The translations under genes were made by a program, and so were the position numbers. From assembly GCA_041481345.1 (NCBI GenBank), contig JBGPBQ010000001.1, forward strand, positions 6,046 to 70,045: a stretch of DNA of 64,000 bases, written 5' to 3'. Positions 54,201 to 62,553 of the stretch are shown here, one piece after another (position 1 is the stretch's first letter; every line of letters starts with the position of its first letter). The notes under the pieces are model-generated. The model saw only the letters and a program-made list of their open reading frames with translations. It did not search any database and was not told the origin of the DNA. This stretch comes from Anaerolineae bacterium. Its GTDB lineage: Bacteria; Chloroflexota; Anaerolineae; Anaerolineales; UBA4823.

Positions 54201-57110
54201 GATACGCTTACTACCGCCGCCGATGGCACGGGTCGCCTGACATTCACCCCACCCGAGCCTGGCACCTACCAGCTGGACGTCTCAGGGGACGGCACGCTGA
54301 CTCAGGTGATCATCTGGGTCGGTGGCGCGGGTCAGGGGGTCTGGCCGTCTCTGCCCAACCAGCGCCTGCGCCTGGTGGCGGATAAGGATTCCTATTCTCC
54401 AGGCGATACTGCCCAGGTCTTCGTCCCCAATCCCTTCACCAGCCCCGCCCTCGGTCTGCTGACCGTCGAGCGCGGCACGATTATGCAACATCAAATCCTG
54501 AACCTGGAGCCTGGCGGCAGCACCATCCCACTCGCCCTCGGCATTGACGAAGCTCCCAATGTGTACGTGGCTGTTACCTTGCTGGGTGCGGACGACCAGG
54601 GCTACCCTGACTTCCGCCAGGGATACGTCAATCTGTCCGTCGACCCATCTTTTGAATACCTTAAGGTGACCCTCACCAGCACCCCTGAGCGCACCGGCCC
54701 GGGTGAGCCGGTAACCTTCAAGCTGCGCATCACGGATGCCGGCGGCTCACCGGTGCAGGGAGAATTCTCCCTCTCGGTGGTGGACCTGGCGGTGCTCAGC
54801 CTGGCTGAACCCAATGCGAAGGATATTTACTCCGCCTTTTACGGTACGCAAGCCCTCAATGTGCGCACAGGCATCAGCCTGGCCGCTTCCGGTCAGCGCT
54901 TGCGCTACATGCCCGGGGGGATGGGTGGTGGTGGTGGAGGCGAAGCCCCTGCCTCGGTCACGCGCGAGAACTTCCCCGATACAGCCTATTGGGATGCTCA
55001 AATTGTCACCGATGCTAATGGAGAAGCAACTGTCAGCATGAACCTGCCGGACAGCCTGACCACCTGGCAGGTGCTGGTGCGCGGCCTGACCAAAGATACC
55101 CTGGTGGGTGAAACCCAGCTGCAGGTGATCACCACATCGGACCTGCTGATCCGCCCGGTGACACCGCGCTTCCTGGTGGTGGATGACCATGCCTTACTGG
55201 CAGCCGTGGTGCAGAACAACACTCCCAACGCCCTGCAGGGGACTGCCACCCTTCAGGCGACTGGCTTTGTGCTGGATGACCCCAATACGATGACCCTCCC
55301 GGTTAGCGTGCCGGCTAATGGGCGCACCCGCCTGGAATGGTGGGGCACTGCCGAAGATGTGCCGAGTGCGTCCTTGCGATTCTCAGTCCAGGCTGGTGAT
55401 CTGCAGGATGCCATTCTGGTCTCCAAAGGGGCGTTACCGGTATTGCGCTACACCGCCCCCCAGACGTTTGCCACTTCAGGCACCCTGCCAGATGGCAGCC
55501 AGCGTCTCGAGCTGGTCAGTCTGCCGGTCACTTTCGATGCCAACAATGGTGCGCTCCGCGTTGAGCTTGACCCCTCCCTGGCAGCTGCCATGCTGGACAG
55601 CCTGGATTCCCTCGAAGTTTATCCATCCAGCTGCACCGAACCCATCCTCTCGAGCTTCCTGCCCAATCTGGTGACGTATTCCACCCTGCAAACCTTCGCC
55701 ATCGAATCACCCGACTTGAAAGCCCGCCTGGACCGCACCCTCAATCAAGGTCTCGCACAGCTGCTAACGCTACAGCGTGCAGACGGCGGCTGGAGCTGGT
55801 GCCAGGAAGGACAGAGTGACGCGTATATCAGCGCCGATGTGCTGATCGGGCTGGCGACCTCGCGGGAGGCAGGTATCACGGTACCGGAAGATGCAGTCAC
55901 AAATGCTGCGAGCTATATCACTTCCTCCATGATCACCCCCACCGCCACCACCCAGGCCTGGATGCTCGACCGCCTGGCTTTTGAGAACTTTGCCTTGAAG
56001 CAGGCTGGCGCCGGCAACCAGGCGAGTGCCAACCAGCTCTACCAGGTGCGCGACCAGCTCAGCCCCTGGGCAAAAGCCCTGCTGGCGCTGTCACTGGATC
56101 TGCTGTCATCGAGCAGCCCACAGGTCCCGACCCTCATTTCAGACCTACAGGCTACCGCCATCCGGTCTGCGACCGGTGTGCATTGGGAAACAGCCGACCC
56201 CGACTGGCGCAATATGACCTCCACCCTCTCCAACACCGCCATGGTCGTCTACACGCTGGCGCAGCTTGAGCCGGCCTCCACGCTGATACCCGATGCGGTG
56301 AATTACCTGATGTCCAACCGCCAACCCAATGGCTGTTGGAACTCCAGTTATGAGAACACCTGGATCCTGCTCTCGATGGATGAGGTGATGAAAGGCACGG
56401 GCGAGCTGGGCAGCAGCTATGCTTTCAGCGCCAGCTTGAATGGCACTCAAATCGCCAGTGGTCAGGCAGGAGGCGAGACCCAGCTCAACCCGGTGACGAC
56501 CAGCCTGCCGGTTAGCAGCCTGTATCCGCACGACCCCAATGCGCTGGTCATCCAGCGCGACCCCGGCACAGGGCGCTTGTACTACACCGCCGCACTGAAT
56601 GTGTCGCGGCCGGTGGAGGACGTCGCACCGCTGGATCGGGGTATTATTGTCAGCCGGTCTTATTATCCGCAGGGAGCCGACCTGAAAACGGCTGTTCCGG
56701 TTACCACCTCCAAGGTGGGCAACACACTGACCGTGCGCCTGACCATCGTCCTGCCCAATGATGCCTATCATTTCATGGTGGAAGATTACCTCCCTGCCGG
56801 AGCGGAAATCCTCAACACCCAGCTAAAGACTTCCCAGCTGGGTATAAACGGAGAGCCGGCTCCGCTGTATGACCCGCACGACCCCTACAGCCAGGGATGG
56901 GGCTGGTGGCTGTTCGACCCAGCCCGCATCTATGACGATCACATCAGCTGGACGGCTGCCTACCTGCCAGCCGGTACATACGACCTGACCTATACGATCA
57001 GCATTTTACAAGCCGGAGAATACCACCTGCTCCCCACCCGAGCGTGGATGGTTTATTTCCCTGAAGTACAAGGAAACAGCGCCGGAGTAGTGATGGAGAT
57101 TAAGCCTTGA
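51204..57110 (+). CDS. bacterial alpha-2-macroglobulin family lipoprotein with degenerate thioester site
   Basis: Trimmed to ATG 51204 after 'aaaggagag'. It has the lipobox 'SLAGCSK', N-terminal SbsA/Big-like Ig repeats, MG domains, a Gly-rich bait-like segment 'PGGMGGGGGGEAP', and a thioester-domain motif 'YPSSCTEPILSSFLP' (CTEP where CxEQ is expected). Confidence 0.9.
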   Translation: MRSSHSSPGLRRKPSLVLNLISTLILVSLVWSLAGCSKVSPTNAAPTPTNRAAHPTTAPTQVPQTQPPALVETDPLPGAQIALKNPIKFYFNQPMQRPSVEAALTGQPSLSGSFSWQDDSTVTFNPDKALLPGTSQVINIGTNAQSAKGMALLRPISLSYSTSPNLTLVQGLPAADSTDVDPTSAVVAAFNQPVVPLGANPASLPAGFTLTPSAHGKGEWINTSTYIFYPKPALAGGAHYYVRINPDLTSTNGTPLESTLGWSFSTILPRLVSTLPADNTINVRLDASVQLNFSYSMDANSVEASFSLQTGDGNAVSGQSGWNENFTTFAFTPTSLLQRDAYYSILLGNQLYALGGTPLGEQTVTTWYTVSDLAITGSIPAEGGIWKIYDGLGLYLTTYIDRERIGDYVTFSPAVPDIGGYLDEGQMLFFFYGQFDPSTDYTLTVSPDLTDLWGSRLGKAYTLHFRTAPLDGSVQFPYNPDSTFLTTQDKGVMAQVTNLSDIPITLGSLTIDDLVRMNGTNGFDFRQSFIPADAESWSFHPDVPPDKSTTVTIPVSPDGQPRSPGLYFMRLNLPDNSGYVTSLILAISRYQATLKLSPSEAFVWAVDMDTNTPAAGLPVTVYDQTGSVLATGTTGVDGVFQGSITAYQDPNNASFVILGKPGENSFGFTMSLWDDGISPWNFNISSQYFPPNIQGYLYTDRPIYRPGDTVHFRLVARKPSNGRYSLPDASSYHLEINGPQGETIASFDLPLSGFGTGHGEYTLPTDSLPGDYSIFDHDYSIYLGFKVADYRKPEINLQVAFQSTDVLSGTALTAQVSARYFFDAPAGNLTVHWALYRQPAYFNIPNYQVGPVDTSWLDVYYYNFPAYGLGEQISSGDVKTDANGLASVNTPAPAKSGRQQYILEVTMTDESGQPVSGRSSIYVNPAYYYIGVHPDAWSYKAKSNAGFSVQVADWEGNPAGAHNLSAKFQRVVWVRHDPTADTMGYMFPTFEAVYTPIASDTLTTAADGTGRLTFTPPEPGTYQLDVSGDGTLTQVIIWVGGAGQGVWPSLPNQRLRLVADKDSYSPGDTAQVFVPNPFTSPALGLLTVERGTIMQHQILNLEPGGSTIPLALGIDEAPNVYVAVTLLGADDQGYPDFRQGYVNLSVDPSFEYLKVTLTSTPERTGPGEPVTFKLRITDAGGSPVQGEFSLSVVDLAVLSLAEPNAKDIYSAFYGTQALNVRTGISLAASGQRLRYMPGGMGGGGGGEAPASVTRENFPDTAYWDAQIVTDANGEATVSMNLPDSLTTWQVLVRGLTKDTLVGETQLQVITTSDLLIRPVTPRFLVVDDHALLAAVVQNNTPNALQGTATLQATGFVLDDPNTMTLPVSVPANGRTRLEWWGTAEDVPSASLRFSVQAGDLQDAILVSKGALPVLRYTAPQTFATSGTLPDGSQRLELVSLPVTFDANNGALRVELDPSLAAAMLDSLDSLEVYPSSCTEPILSSFLPNLVTYSTLQTFAIESPDLKARLDRTLNQGLAQLLTLQRADGGWSWCQEGQSDAYISADVLIGLATSREAGITVPEDAVTNAASYITSSMITPTATTQAWMLDRLAFENFALKQAGAGNQASANQLYQVRDQLSPWAKALLALSLDLLSSSSPQVPTLISDLQATAIRSATGVHWETADPDWRNMTSTLSNTAMVVYTLAQLEPASTLIPDAVNYLMSNRQPNGCWNSSYENTWILLSMDEVMKGTGELGSSYAFSASLNGTQIASGQAGGETQLNPVTTSLPVSSLYPHDPNALVIQRDPGTGRLYYTAALNVSRPVEDVAPLDRGIIVSRSYYPQGADLKTAVPVTTSKVGNTLTVRLTIVLPNDAYHFMVEDYLPAGAEILNTQLKTSQLGINGEPAPLYDPHDPYSQGWGWWLFDPARIYDDHISWTAAYLPAGTYDLTYTISILQAGEYHLLPTRAWMVYFPEVQGNSAGVVMEIKP

Positions 57111-58297
57111 ATTCCAATTTCGCCCAGCGCGCTCTCTCCCACGCCCAAACGCTCGCTCGGACCCCGCGCGGCTCTGCCACTCTGGCGGAGAAACAGGCGG
57201 CTGAATATGTGCAAGCCCAGCTGAAATCCTTGGGGGTTCAGGATGTACACCTGCAGCCTTTTTCAGGTGAGCGCTCCATGTGGCTGTTCTTCGCCCTCGT
57301 GTTCGGCATGGCGCTGGTCGGGCACGCGGCCTTTTGGCTGCTGCGCAAGCCTATCGGAGACCTGCCCGCTACCATCATTGCCGTGATTGCCTTCAGCTTC
57401 AGCGGTTACCTGGCCTGGAGCAGGTTCACCCTGCGAGGATATCCCCTCAGCCGAACGCTGCCGCATGCTCCCAGCCAGAACGTGATTGCCAGGCTCCCCT
57501 CGGTCGGTGAAGCTCAGCGACGCCTGGTGTTGATGGCACACCTGGACAGCCATCGGGCGGTTTTCTGGTTCGCCACCGATTTCATCGTGCGCATCTTCGT
57601 CCCCATCTCCATTACTGCCACATTCGGAATTTACCTGGCTATTCCCATCTACATTCTCACAGCGCTCACCCATTGGTCAGTCTTGGGATGGCTTGGATTA
57701 TTCCTGGCATTCTTTCACTTCCTGGGATGGTTCACTGGCGTCACCGCTGACCTGGGCCGCTATTCCCCCGGTGCCAACGACAATGCTGCCTCTGTGGGCA
57801 CAGTGCTGGGTTTGGCCGAACGTCTCGCCGGGCAACCCATGCAGAACATCGAAGTCTGGCTGGCTTTCACAGGGTGTGAAGAAACCAACGCGGGTGGGAC
57901 TCTGGCTCTGATGGAGGAGCACGGGAGCGAGCTCAAAGACGCCTTGTTCGTCGATTTTGAAATGGTGGGGATAGGCGACCGGATAAGTTACATCCGCGAG
58001 GAGGGGAATATCAGCCGACTCACCATCCCGCAGGAAGTCGAAAGGCTGGTCATGCAGGTCGGGCAGGCGTATGGGCTGCAGCCGGTCCAGACGCCCCTGG
58101 TTGGGGCGTCCACCGAATGCAGCATCCTGTTGAAGCATGGCTTCAAGGCGGTCTGTTTTATTGCTCACATCCAGGGGTCCACCGTCATGCCTGAATGGCA
58201 CCGCCTGACCGACACCCCAGCCCACCTGCAGGAGGCGAGCCTGGAGCGCGTCCACGCCCTTGCCTGGGACCTGCTACAAAGGTTCGACCAGGGATAG
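57107..58297 (+). CDS. membrane-embedded M28-family metallopeptidase
   Basis: The M28 ligand motifs are 'LVLMAHLDSH', 'GANDNAASVGTVLGLAE', 'FTGCEETNAGG' and 'DFEMVG'. Four to five TM helices are inserted in the fold. The TTG start overlaps the A2M stop (57108-57110). Confidence 0.75.
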   Translation: MNSNFAQRALSHAQTLARTPRGSATLAEKQAAEYVQAQLKSLGVQDVHLQPFSGERSMWLFFALVFGMALVGHAAFWLLRKPIGDLPATIIAVIAFSFSGYLAWSRFTLRGYPLSRTLPHAPSQNVIARLPSVGEAQRRLVLMAHLDSHRAVFWFATDFIVRIFVPISITATFGIYLAIPIYILTALTHWSVLGWLGLFLAFFHFLGWFTGVTADLGRYSPGANDNAASVGTVLGLAERLAGQPMQNIEVWLAFTGCEETNAGGTLALMEEHGSELKDALFVDFEMVGIGDRISYIREEGNISRLTIPQEVERLVMQVGQAYGLQPVQTPLVGASTECSILLKHGFKAVCFIAHIQGSTVMPEWHRLTDTPAHLQEASLERVHALAWDLLQRFDQG

Positions 58298-59173
58298 GTT
58301 CGCTTTTTGCCTGCGGTTGAAGCGCACGCTTTCGATTGAATATAACAGCAGGGCCAGCCAAATCATGCAGAACCCCACCAGCCTGGACATCGGGAAGGGC
58401 TCGTTATAGACGAACACCCCCAGCAGGAACTGCAGGGTGGGGGCGATATATTGGATAAACCCGAGCATAGAAAGGGGGATACTGCGGGCGGCAAATCCGA
58501 ACATCAGCAGTGGGATCGAAGTCACTGGGCCTGCCAGGATCAGCAGCAGGGTGATCACAGTTCCGTTTTGCATGAAAGCTCCCATACCGGTGGCTCCGCG
58601 GTAGAGTAAAAATCCAAGGGCGGGCAGGAACAGTGCCATGGTTTCCAGGCTGAACCCGTGCTTCGACTCCAATGGCGCCATCTTCTTGATCAACCCGTAC
58701 AGCCCAAAAGTGAACGCCAGCACCAGGGAGATCCACGGCAGCGAACCATAAGCAACTGTCAGGTAGACCACCCCCAGCACCGCCAGAACCACCGCCGCCA
58801 CCTGACCACCGCGCAGCTTTTCTTTGAAGAAGATCACCCCCAGCAGGAAGTTTACCAACGGGTTGATGAAATATCCCAGCGATGCTTCCACCACGTATCC
58901 GGCATTGACCGCCCAGATGTAGGTGAACCAGTTGATCGAGAGTAGGATTGCCGCAAGGGTGTAGACCACCAACATCCGCCGGTTGTGGAGAGCTCCTGTT
59001 ATCCATTGCCAATCCCTTTGGAGGATTAATATTGAAACAACGAACACAAGCGACCAGACGATGCGGTGGGCCAGGATTTCGATGGCCGGTACCTGCTCAA
59101 GCAGCCTCCAGTAGATGGGGAACAATCCCCACAGGGTATACGCGCCGATTCCAGCCAGGATGCCCTTATTCAT
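58274..59173 (-). CDS. rarD: EamA/DMT-family transporter, RarD-like
   Basis: 'GILAGIGAYTLWGLFPIYWRLL' and 10 TM helices. It overlaps the upstream gene by 4 nt. Confidence 0.7.
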   Translation of the reverse strand: MNKGILAGIGAYTLWGLFPIYWRLLEQVPAIEILAHRIVWSLVFVVSILILQRDWQWITGALHNRRMLVVYTLAAILLSINWFTYIWAVNAGYVVEASLGYFINPLVNFLLGVIFFKEKLRGGQVAAVVLAVLGVVYLTVAYGSLPWISLVLAFTFGLYGLIKKMAPLESKHGFSLETMALFLPALGFLLYRGATGMGAFMQNGTVITLLLILAGPVTSIPLLMFGFAARSIPLSMLGFIQYIAPTLQFLLGVFVYNEPFPMSRLVGFCMIWLALLLYSIESVRFNRRQKANLSLVEPL

Positions 59174-59604
59174 CCGGCCTCGGGTTCGGTAATATTTTCC
59201 AGGTAGGTCGTGAGCAGCTGGACCGCTTGATCAGGGTCCTCATAGGTACGGATGGTCAATTGGGGATGAGGGTTACCCAGGATCATCTTGGATACTTTGC
59301 GACCCTTGCGGTACAGGCACAGCACCCTCTTCCCCAGTGCAAGGGCATAACCAATCTCATACCCCACCCCATGTGAAGGTGTGCTGACTTCCGCTAATAG
59401 GAAGTCACACTCGGTGATCCAGCGCACATCGCGGGAATAGACGTCCTCTGCCGGCACCACCCCTTCCAGTGGCATCACGTCCGGGCTTGCCAGCAAGGCG
59501 GTGGGCACGTAGTGCCCATTCGATTGCAAAGCGGCCACCAATTTCTGGTAGACCAGCTCATCCTGGCGGCCTCCGGTGATCGAGCAGGCAAAATAGATAT
59601 TCAT
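59170..59604 (-). CDS. nucleoside 2-deoxyribosyltransferase / DNPH1(Rcl)-like N-glycosidase family protein
   Basis: 'MNIYFACSITGGRQDE' resembles the DNPH1 'YFCGSIRGGR' N-terminus. The family Glu/Gly region is 'LLAEVSTPSHGVGYEIGYA'. Confidence 0.65.
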   Translation of the reverse strand: MNIYFACSITGGRQDELVYQKLVAALQSNGHYVPTALLASPDVMPLEGVVPAEDVYSRDVRWITECDFLLAEVSTPSHGVGYEIGYALALGKRVLCLYRKGRKVSKMILGNPHPQLTIRTYEDPDQAVQLLTTYLENITEPEAG

Positions 59605-61571
59605 GCCAGCTCCCGCTCGCGGCCGAATTGGGTCTCATACAGCTGGGCGTACAGACCTGCCTGGACCAGCAGCTCACGGTGGGTACCGCGCTCCACGATC
59701 ATGCCCCGGTCCATCACCAGGATCACATCCGCCGCCAGGATCGTACTCAAGCGGTGGGCAATCACGATACTGGTGCGCCCGGCCATGACGCGTTTGAGGG
59801 CGTCTTGGATCAGCAACTCCGATTCGCTGTCCAGGTTGCTGGTAGCTTCATCCAACACCAGGATGCGCGGGTTTTTGAGGATCACGCGCGCCAGGGCCAC
59901 CCGCTGCTTCTCGCCGCCGCTCAGGCGGTAGCCGCGTTCACCCACGATGGTGTCGTAACCGTTTGGCAGGCTGACCACAAAATCGTGGATATTGGCTGCC
60001 CGCGCGGCTGCCTCCAGCTCAGGTTGGGTAGCGTCCAGCTTGGCATACAGCAGGTTCGTGCGGATGGTGTCGTGGAAGAGGTGGGTTTCCTGGGTTACCA
60101 TACCGATTTGGGATGAAAGCGAATCGAGACTCACGTCACGCAGATCATAACCGTCCAGCAGGATACGCCCGTCGGTTGGGTCATACAGACGTGGGATCAG
60201 GTAGGTCAGCGTGGTCTTACCCGCCCCACTGGGTCCGACCAGGGCCACCAGCTGACCGGGCTGGGCAGTAAAGCTGACTTCCTCCAGTGCGTTCAAACGC
60301 GCCTGGTTGCGCCCGATCTCTTCTTCATCGCCACCGGCGAGGCCTGGAACTGGCTTGGCATCTTTGGCTTTCAACACCTCCGGACCACCCGAGAGCACAG
60401 CATCCACGTTATCCATCCGGCCGTAGCGCTTCACGTCACTCAGCAGAGCTTTCCCGTTTACGTCGTACCGGAAGGTGACGTGCTCGAAGGTCAGCTCACC
60501 TCTCACTTCTTTTAGCTCAGTCGCTTCAGGCTTTTCCTCGATATCATGCGGCAGGTCGATCACCTCGAACACACGCTCGAAGCTGACCACCGAGGTGGCG
60601 AAATCCACCGGCGCGTTGGTCAGGCTCTGCAGGGCGCTGTACAGGCTGGACATATATGCCCCAAAGGCGACGATGGTGCCGATGGTGAATGCCTTCTGCA
60701 TCACCAGGTAGCCGCCTATGCCATATACCAGGGCGGTCCCGACCGCGCTTACCAGTCCGATTATGATGAAGAAGATGGCGCCCAGGAAGGCACGCCCGAT
60801 ACCGAGATCGCGCACTAACGAGGCCCGGCTTTCAAAGCGTTTTATTTCGGTGGTAACCCGACCAAATAACTTGACCAGCAGCGCTCCCCCGATGTTGAGG
60901 GTTTCATTCATCGTGGCATTCATCTGGGCATTGGCTTCCAGCTGCCGGCGCGAGATATCGCGCAGCTTTTCGCCCATGTTGCGCGCAGTCAGGATGAACA
61001 GCGGCAGGATGATGATGCTGATCAATGTCAGGCGCCACTCCAGGGTCAGCATGACCACCAGCACCGCAGTTGCCTGGATGATGTTGGTGATGAGGCTCAC
61101 GATGGTATTGCTGATGGCGTTCTGCGCCCCTACCACGTCGTTGTTCAGACGGCTCATCAGCTCGCCGAGCTTGGTGTTGGTGAAGAAATGCAGTGACATG
61201 CGTTGTAATCGACCGTATAACGCCACCCGCAGGTCGTAGATCACCCCTTCACCGACCACGGCATTCAAACGCCGCTGGATCACTCCCAGTAAGCCACCCA
61301 CTGCCGGGATGAGCAGCAGCGCGAATGCCAGCAGCACCAGGCGCTGCACATTCCCTGAGGGGATGGTCTTGTCAATCAGATCGCGCAGGATCAATGGGGT
61401 CAGCAGGGTGAGCCCGGTTGAGATCAAGATCAAGAGCAGCATGGTTATCAGCTGCCACCGGTATGGTTTGGAATATCCTAATACCCGCCGTAGCAAACCC
61501 AGCGTAACCTTGGGTTTTTCTCCAGTCGAGCTTAAGTATGAAAACCAACCACCACCATGAAATCCCATCAA
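59601..61571 (-). CDS. ABC exporter, fused TMD-NBD half-transporter (MsbA/multidrug type) with an insertion in the NBD
   Basis: Six TM helices, Walker A 'GPSGAGKTT', signature 'LSGGEKQR', Walker B 'ILVLDEATS'. About 50 extra residues lie between 'FRYD' and 'ALEEVSFTAQPGQ'. Confidence 0.9.
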   Translation of the reverse strand: MMGFHGGGWFSYLSSTGEKPKVTLGLLRRVLGYSKPYRWQLITMLLLILISTGLTLLTPLILRDLIDKTIPSGNVQRLVLLAFALLLIPAVGGLLGVIQRRLNAVVGEGVIYDLRVALYGRLQRMSLHFFTNTKLGELMSRLNNDVVGAQNAISNTIVSLITNIIQATAVLVVMLTLEWRLTLISIIILPLFILTARNMGEKLRDISRRQLEANAQMNATMNETLNIGGALLVKLFGRVTTEIKRFESRASLVRDLGIGRAFLGAIFFIIIGLVSAVGTALVYGIGGYLVMQKAFTIGTIVAFGAYMSSLYSALQSLTNAPVDFATSVVSFERVFEVIDLPHDIEEKPEATELKEVRGELTFEHVTFRYDVNGKALLSDVKRYGRMDNVDAVLSGGPEVLKAKDAKPVPGLAGGDEEEIGRNQARLNALEEVSFTAQPGQLVALVGPSGAGKTTLTYLIPRLYDPTDGRILLDGYDLRDVSLDSLSSQIGMVTQETHLFHDTIRTNLLYAKLDATQPELEAAARAANIHDFVVSLPNGYDTIVGERGYRLSGGEKQRVALARVILKNPRILVLDEATSNLDSESELLIQDALKRVMAGRTSIVIAHRLSTILAADVILVMDRGMIVERGTHRELLVQAGLYAQLYETQFGRERELA

Positions 61572-61790
61572 TGCCTCACTTTCAGGAACGAATCGGAATT
61601 ATAACCCATCCATTATCCATTGACGCCCGCCATGATTTGTGTGATACTGTATTTATCATTCGGTGGTCATACCACCTTTCAAAGCTATCCCACCATATAG
61701 GAGGTGATGTCAGCCATGTCAAGTGATAGTATAAGACTTAGCGCTGCGGCATCCCTCCTCCTAATCGGATAAGGAAGCTGCAGCGCGCCG

Positions 61791-61815
61791 GAGAGCCGCC
61801 TAAAACGCGGCTCTC
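61791..61815. terminator. hairpin immediately downstream of the HAD gene
   Basis: 9-bp stem 'gagagccgc'/'gcggctctc' lying 5 nt past the minus-strand stop. The only U-rich tract ('tgtgttt') is on the plus strand. Confidence 0.35.
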
Positions 61816-61820
61816 TGTGT

Positions 61821-62483
61821 TTAATCAGCATCAATCAGGTCGAGCAGCTGGTTGAGTGGCATGTCTGCCAGGGAACTAAGCTGAATATCGGACTCAGCAA
61901 GGCTCAATTGGCTGGTCAGCGGGTTGGGTACGGCAACGCAATATAGTCCGGCTTGCTTGGCAGACCGGATGCCATTGGGGGAATCTTCGAAGGCAATCGC
62001 TTCGTCTGCGCGCACCTCCAGCGCTTGTAGGACCGCCAGATACAGCTCCGGGTCTGGCTTGACGGTATGCACGTCATCCTCCGCCCGGATGCAGTCGAAA
62101 TAATCCCGCAGACCCAGCCGGGTCAGGTGCCCGGTCACCCACTGGCAGGAGCTGCTGGATGCCAGGCCAATTTTCAGCCCCAGCCTGCGTGCGGTGCGCA
62201 GATAAGCAATGACGCCAGGTAGCACCTCCTGGGCCTCGACTAACGCATCCTCGTTTTTCTGCCGCTGCTGTTCAACCCCCTCCCAGTCCACTGCCTCACT
62301 TACCCGCTTCTGCAGCTCCAGGCGCGGGTCAAAGTCTCCCTGCGTCGTACCGATGATCGCAGACCAGGTTGAAAGCGGGAGGGATTGCCCAAAACTACGG
62401 TAAACTTCCACCCACGATTGGTAGCTCGGTCCCTCGGTCTCGAGCACCAGCCCGTCAAAATCAAAAATCAGCGCACGGATCAT
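61821..62483 (-). CDS. HAD-superfamily hydrolase (beta-phosphoglucomutase-like subfamily IA)
   Basis: Motif I 'LIFDFDGLVLETE', motif II 'LASSS', motif III/IV 'K...AFEDSPNGIRSAKQAG'. Confidence 0.85.
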   Translation of the reverse strand: MIRALIFDFDGLVLETEGPSYQSWVEVYRSFGQSLPLSTWSAIIGTTQGDFDPRLELQKRVSEAVDWEGVEQQRQKNEDALVEAQEVLPGVIAYLRTARRLGLKIGLASSSSCQWVTGHLTRLGLRDYFDCIRAEDDVHTVKPDPELYLAVLQALEVRADEAIAFEDSPNGIRSAKQAGLYCVAVPNPLTSQLSLAESDIQLSSLADMPLNQLLDLIDAD

Positions 62484-62553
62484 TCATCATCCTTCTGGAA
62501 AATACCAGGAAGCTATTATAATGGGATTAAATATTACCGAGAGTGATTTAATT

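Noticed and set aside
56145-59012. Long antisense ORFs: 56145..56771 (-), 57698..58255 (-), 58404..59012 (-, alternative frame in rarD) and 58948..59376 (+).
   Set aside because: Each lies inside a gene with clear family motifs (A2M, M28, RarD, DNPH1-like) on the other strand or in another frame. The translations are Gly/Arg/Pro-rich with no recognisable domains.
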